A stretch of 64,000 nucleotides of DNA from Carcharhinus longimanus (Eukaryota), in NCBI GenBank assembly GCA_030264375.1, contig JASCQW010000098.1, forward strand, positions 36,158,344 through 36,222,343, read 5' to 3'. The notes under the pieces were generated by a model. That model worked only from the letters and a program-made list of their open reading frames with translations, made no database searches and was not told the origin of the DNA. A program made the translations under genes and the position numbers. This document shows, piece by piece, positions 62,060-64,000 of the stretch (positions are counted from its first letter, which is position 1; each line of letters opens with the position of its first letter).

Positions 62060-62970
62060 TGGTTGCGCAAAAATTTTTTTCCTCATGTCTCCATTGCTTC
62101 TTTTACCAATTATCTTAAATCTGCGTTGTCTGCTTCTCGAGCCTTCCACCAGTGGAACAGCTTTTCCCTATACTTTTGCTATGTCCAGACCTCATGATTT
62201 TGAATACCACTAAGAAATCTCCTTTTAACCTTCTATTCTCCAAGGAAAAAATCCCAGCTTTTCTAATTTACTACCTAACTGAAGCTCCTCATCCATTGAA
62301 CCATTCTCCTGAATCTTTTTTTGCATTCTCTCTAATGCTGTCACATTTTTCTTAAAGTGTGGTGCCCAGGACTGGATGCAATCCTCCAGTTGAGACCAAA
62401 CTAGTGTTTTGTATTAGTTCAGTATAATTTCCTTGCTCTTGTACTCAATATAACTATTAGTAAGGCCTAAGATACTACATGGTTTATTAACTGCTCTCTC
62501 AACCTGCCCTGCCACCTTCAATGAATTATGCGCATATGCGACCAGGTCTCTCCGCTCTTGTACTCCCTTTAGAATTGTACCCTTTTTAATATTGTCTCTA
62601 TTATCTTCCTACCAAAATGAATCATTTCACACTTCTCTGCATTGAACTACATCTAACACTTGTCCACTCATTCTGCCAATTTGTCTATTCTTTTTAAAGT
62701 TCCACATTCTCCTCCTTAAAGTTCCCATTGTTTCTAAATTTTGCATTATCTGCAAATTTTGAATGGTTCCCTGTATGCCAAGGTTTCGGTCATCAATATA
62801 TATCAGGAAGAGCAACACTGACCCCTGGGGAATGCTACTTCAAACTTTTCTCCAGTCTGAAAACATCTATTAACTACTACTACTCTGTTTCTTGTCACTC
62901 AACCAATTTTGTATTCATGCTGTTACTGTCCCTTTTATCCCAGAGCAATAACTTTGCTCACAATCTGGTT
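62060..62970 (-). mobile_element. CR1 LINE 3' ORF2 fragment, degenerate
   Basis: Minus strand shows PQG..LLFLIYIDD...KFAD-like remnants and the downstream CR1 C-terminal region. Confidence 0.7.
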
Positions 62971-64000
62971 CTTTGTAAATAGTCTAAATAATGCATAATA
63001 ATTCCTAACCTTGAATTTCTTATATCTTGGAGTCTATTAAATTTACACGGATTTTGAAAATGCATAAATATATTTTATATCTGTCTCAGGTGTTTCAAAC
63101 TGATTGGTTCTTTTAAGAAAACTCGTTCATCTGAATCCACTCATTCCTTTATGTAGCTTGGGATTTCTCAGATGAAAATCACACCGTTCATATTCAGAAA
63201 GGACCAATACAAAATACACAATCAACCAGGATTAAGTTTGAATTAATTCAACAACCCACAACCATCAAACCTTGCATGTTACATCAAAATCCATTTGGTA
63301 CAGGAATTTGAACTCCATCTTTTTTTTTGAAACAACTTATGTTCCATTAACTAGATGTAAAGGCACAAATACCAAATCAAAAATTAATCAGAAAGGCTAA
63401 ATTTGAGTCATAGTAGGCCTATGTATGTAAAATTTATAATGGACATTCTCCACATTATACTTTTCTGGGTAAATGAAAAGATTATTTTTCCAGAATGGTG
63501 TAATTTTCTCATTAGCTTTTCTGATGTTTCCCGTTGTATAAAGTCACCCAAGTAAAGGCAGCAGCTCAAGATTGTGAAGAAATTATTCAAATTACACAAT
63601 ATGTTGATTTAGCTAGCTTATGGATGATAAATAAAAAGAAATTTGATTAAACTATTATTGCTAATTACTCATTCCATTTAGGACTTTTAAAAACATTTTT
63701 AAAATTCATTCAGACTTAGTCAATCAGATGTTTCAAAATGTTACAATTTAGCTTATTTTTGCCAATTATTTATATTTTGCCCTAATGATTGTCATGCTTT
63801 GAGGTACAATGGTCTTTAAAGTAATATGTTTGATGCATGGTGTCAGTGAAAGATGACATGTGAAGGATGCATGCTACATGCATGGCTTTTAATTATGTAG
63901 ATATTTATAGATCAGCAATCCCAATTTCCACTAATTAGACAGCCGCTGTTCCCACAGCAACAATATACTTTGGGCCTAACGCCAATGGATTTTATCAACA

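Noticed and set aside
1-64000. Prokaryotic-type novel system (operon, CRISPR, defence island)
   Set aside because: The sequence is a vertebrate intron-rich locus with no dense coding regions or repeat-spacer arrays.

Overview
Eukaryotic (vertebrate) draft-assembly DNA with many N gaps. The repeats (HE1/V-SINE-type and SacSINE1/DeuSINE-type SINEs, CR1/L2/Rex1/RTE LINEs, Penelope-like fragments) point to a shark or other elasmobranch. The window holds the 5' half of one gene on the minus strand, an ephrin-B most similar to EFNB2. Coding exon 1 is at 47864-47746, intron 1 is about 33 kb, and exon 2 is at 14710-14427. I could not find exon 3 onward, which probably lies beyond position 1. Upstream are a plausible TATA/CCAAT promoter, a 5' UTR with a single uORF, and a ~10 kb CpG-retaining, TE-poor domain. 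The rest is intron or intergenic DNA full of decayed mobile elements. The most notable items are: an internally deleted Gypsy element with both LTRs; a 3'-truncated U6 snRNA retrocopy; Penelope-like insertions with inverted ends, a 13-bp TSD and hammerhead-like motifs; a local inverted duplication of a micro-inverted LINE; and a perfect 16-bp hairpin. Almost all ORFs in the supplied track are spurious or TE debris. I see no convincing evidence of a wholly new biological system. All family assignments come from recall of consensus sequences, not database searches.
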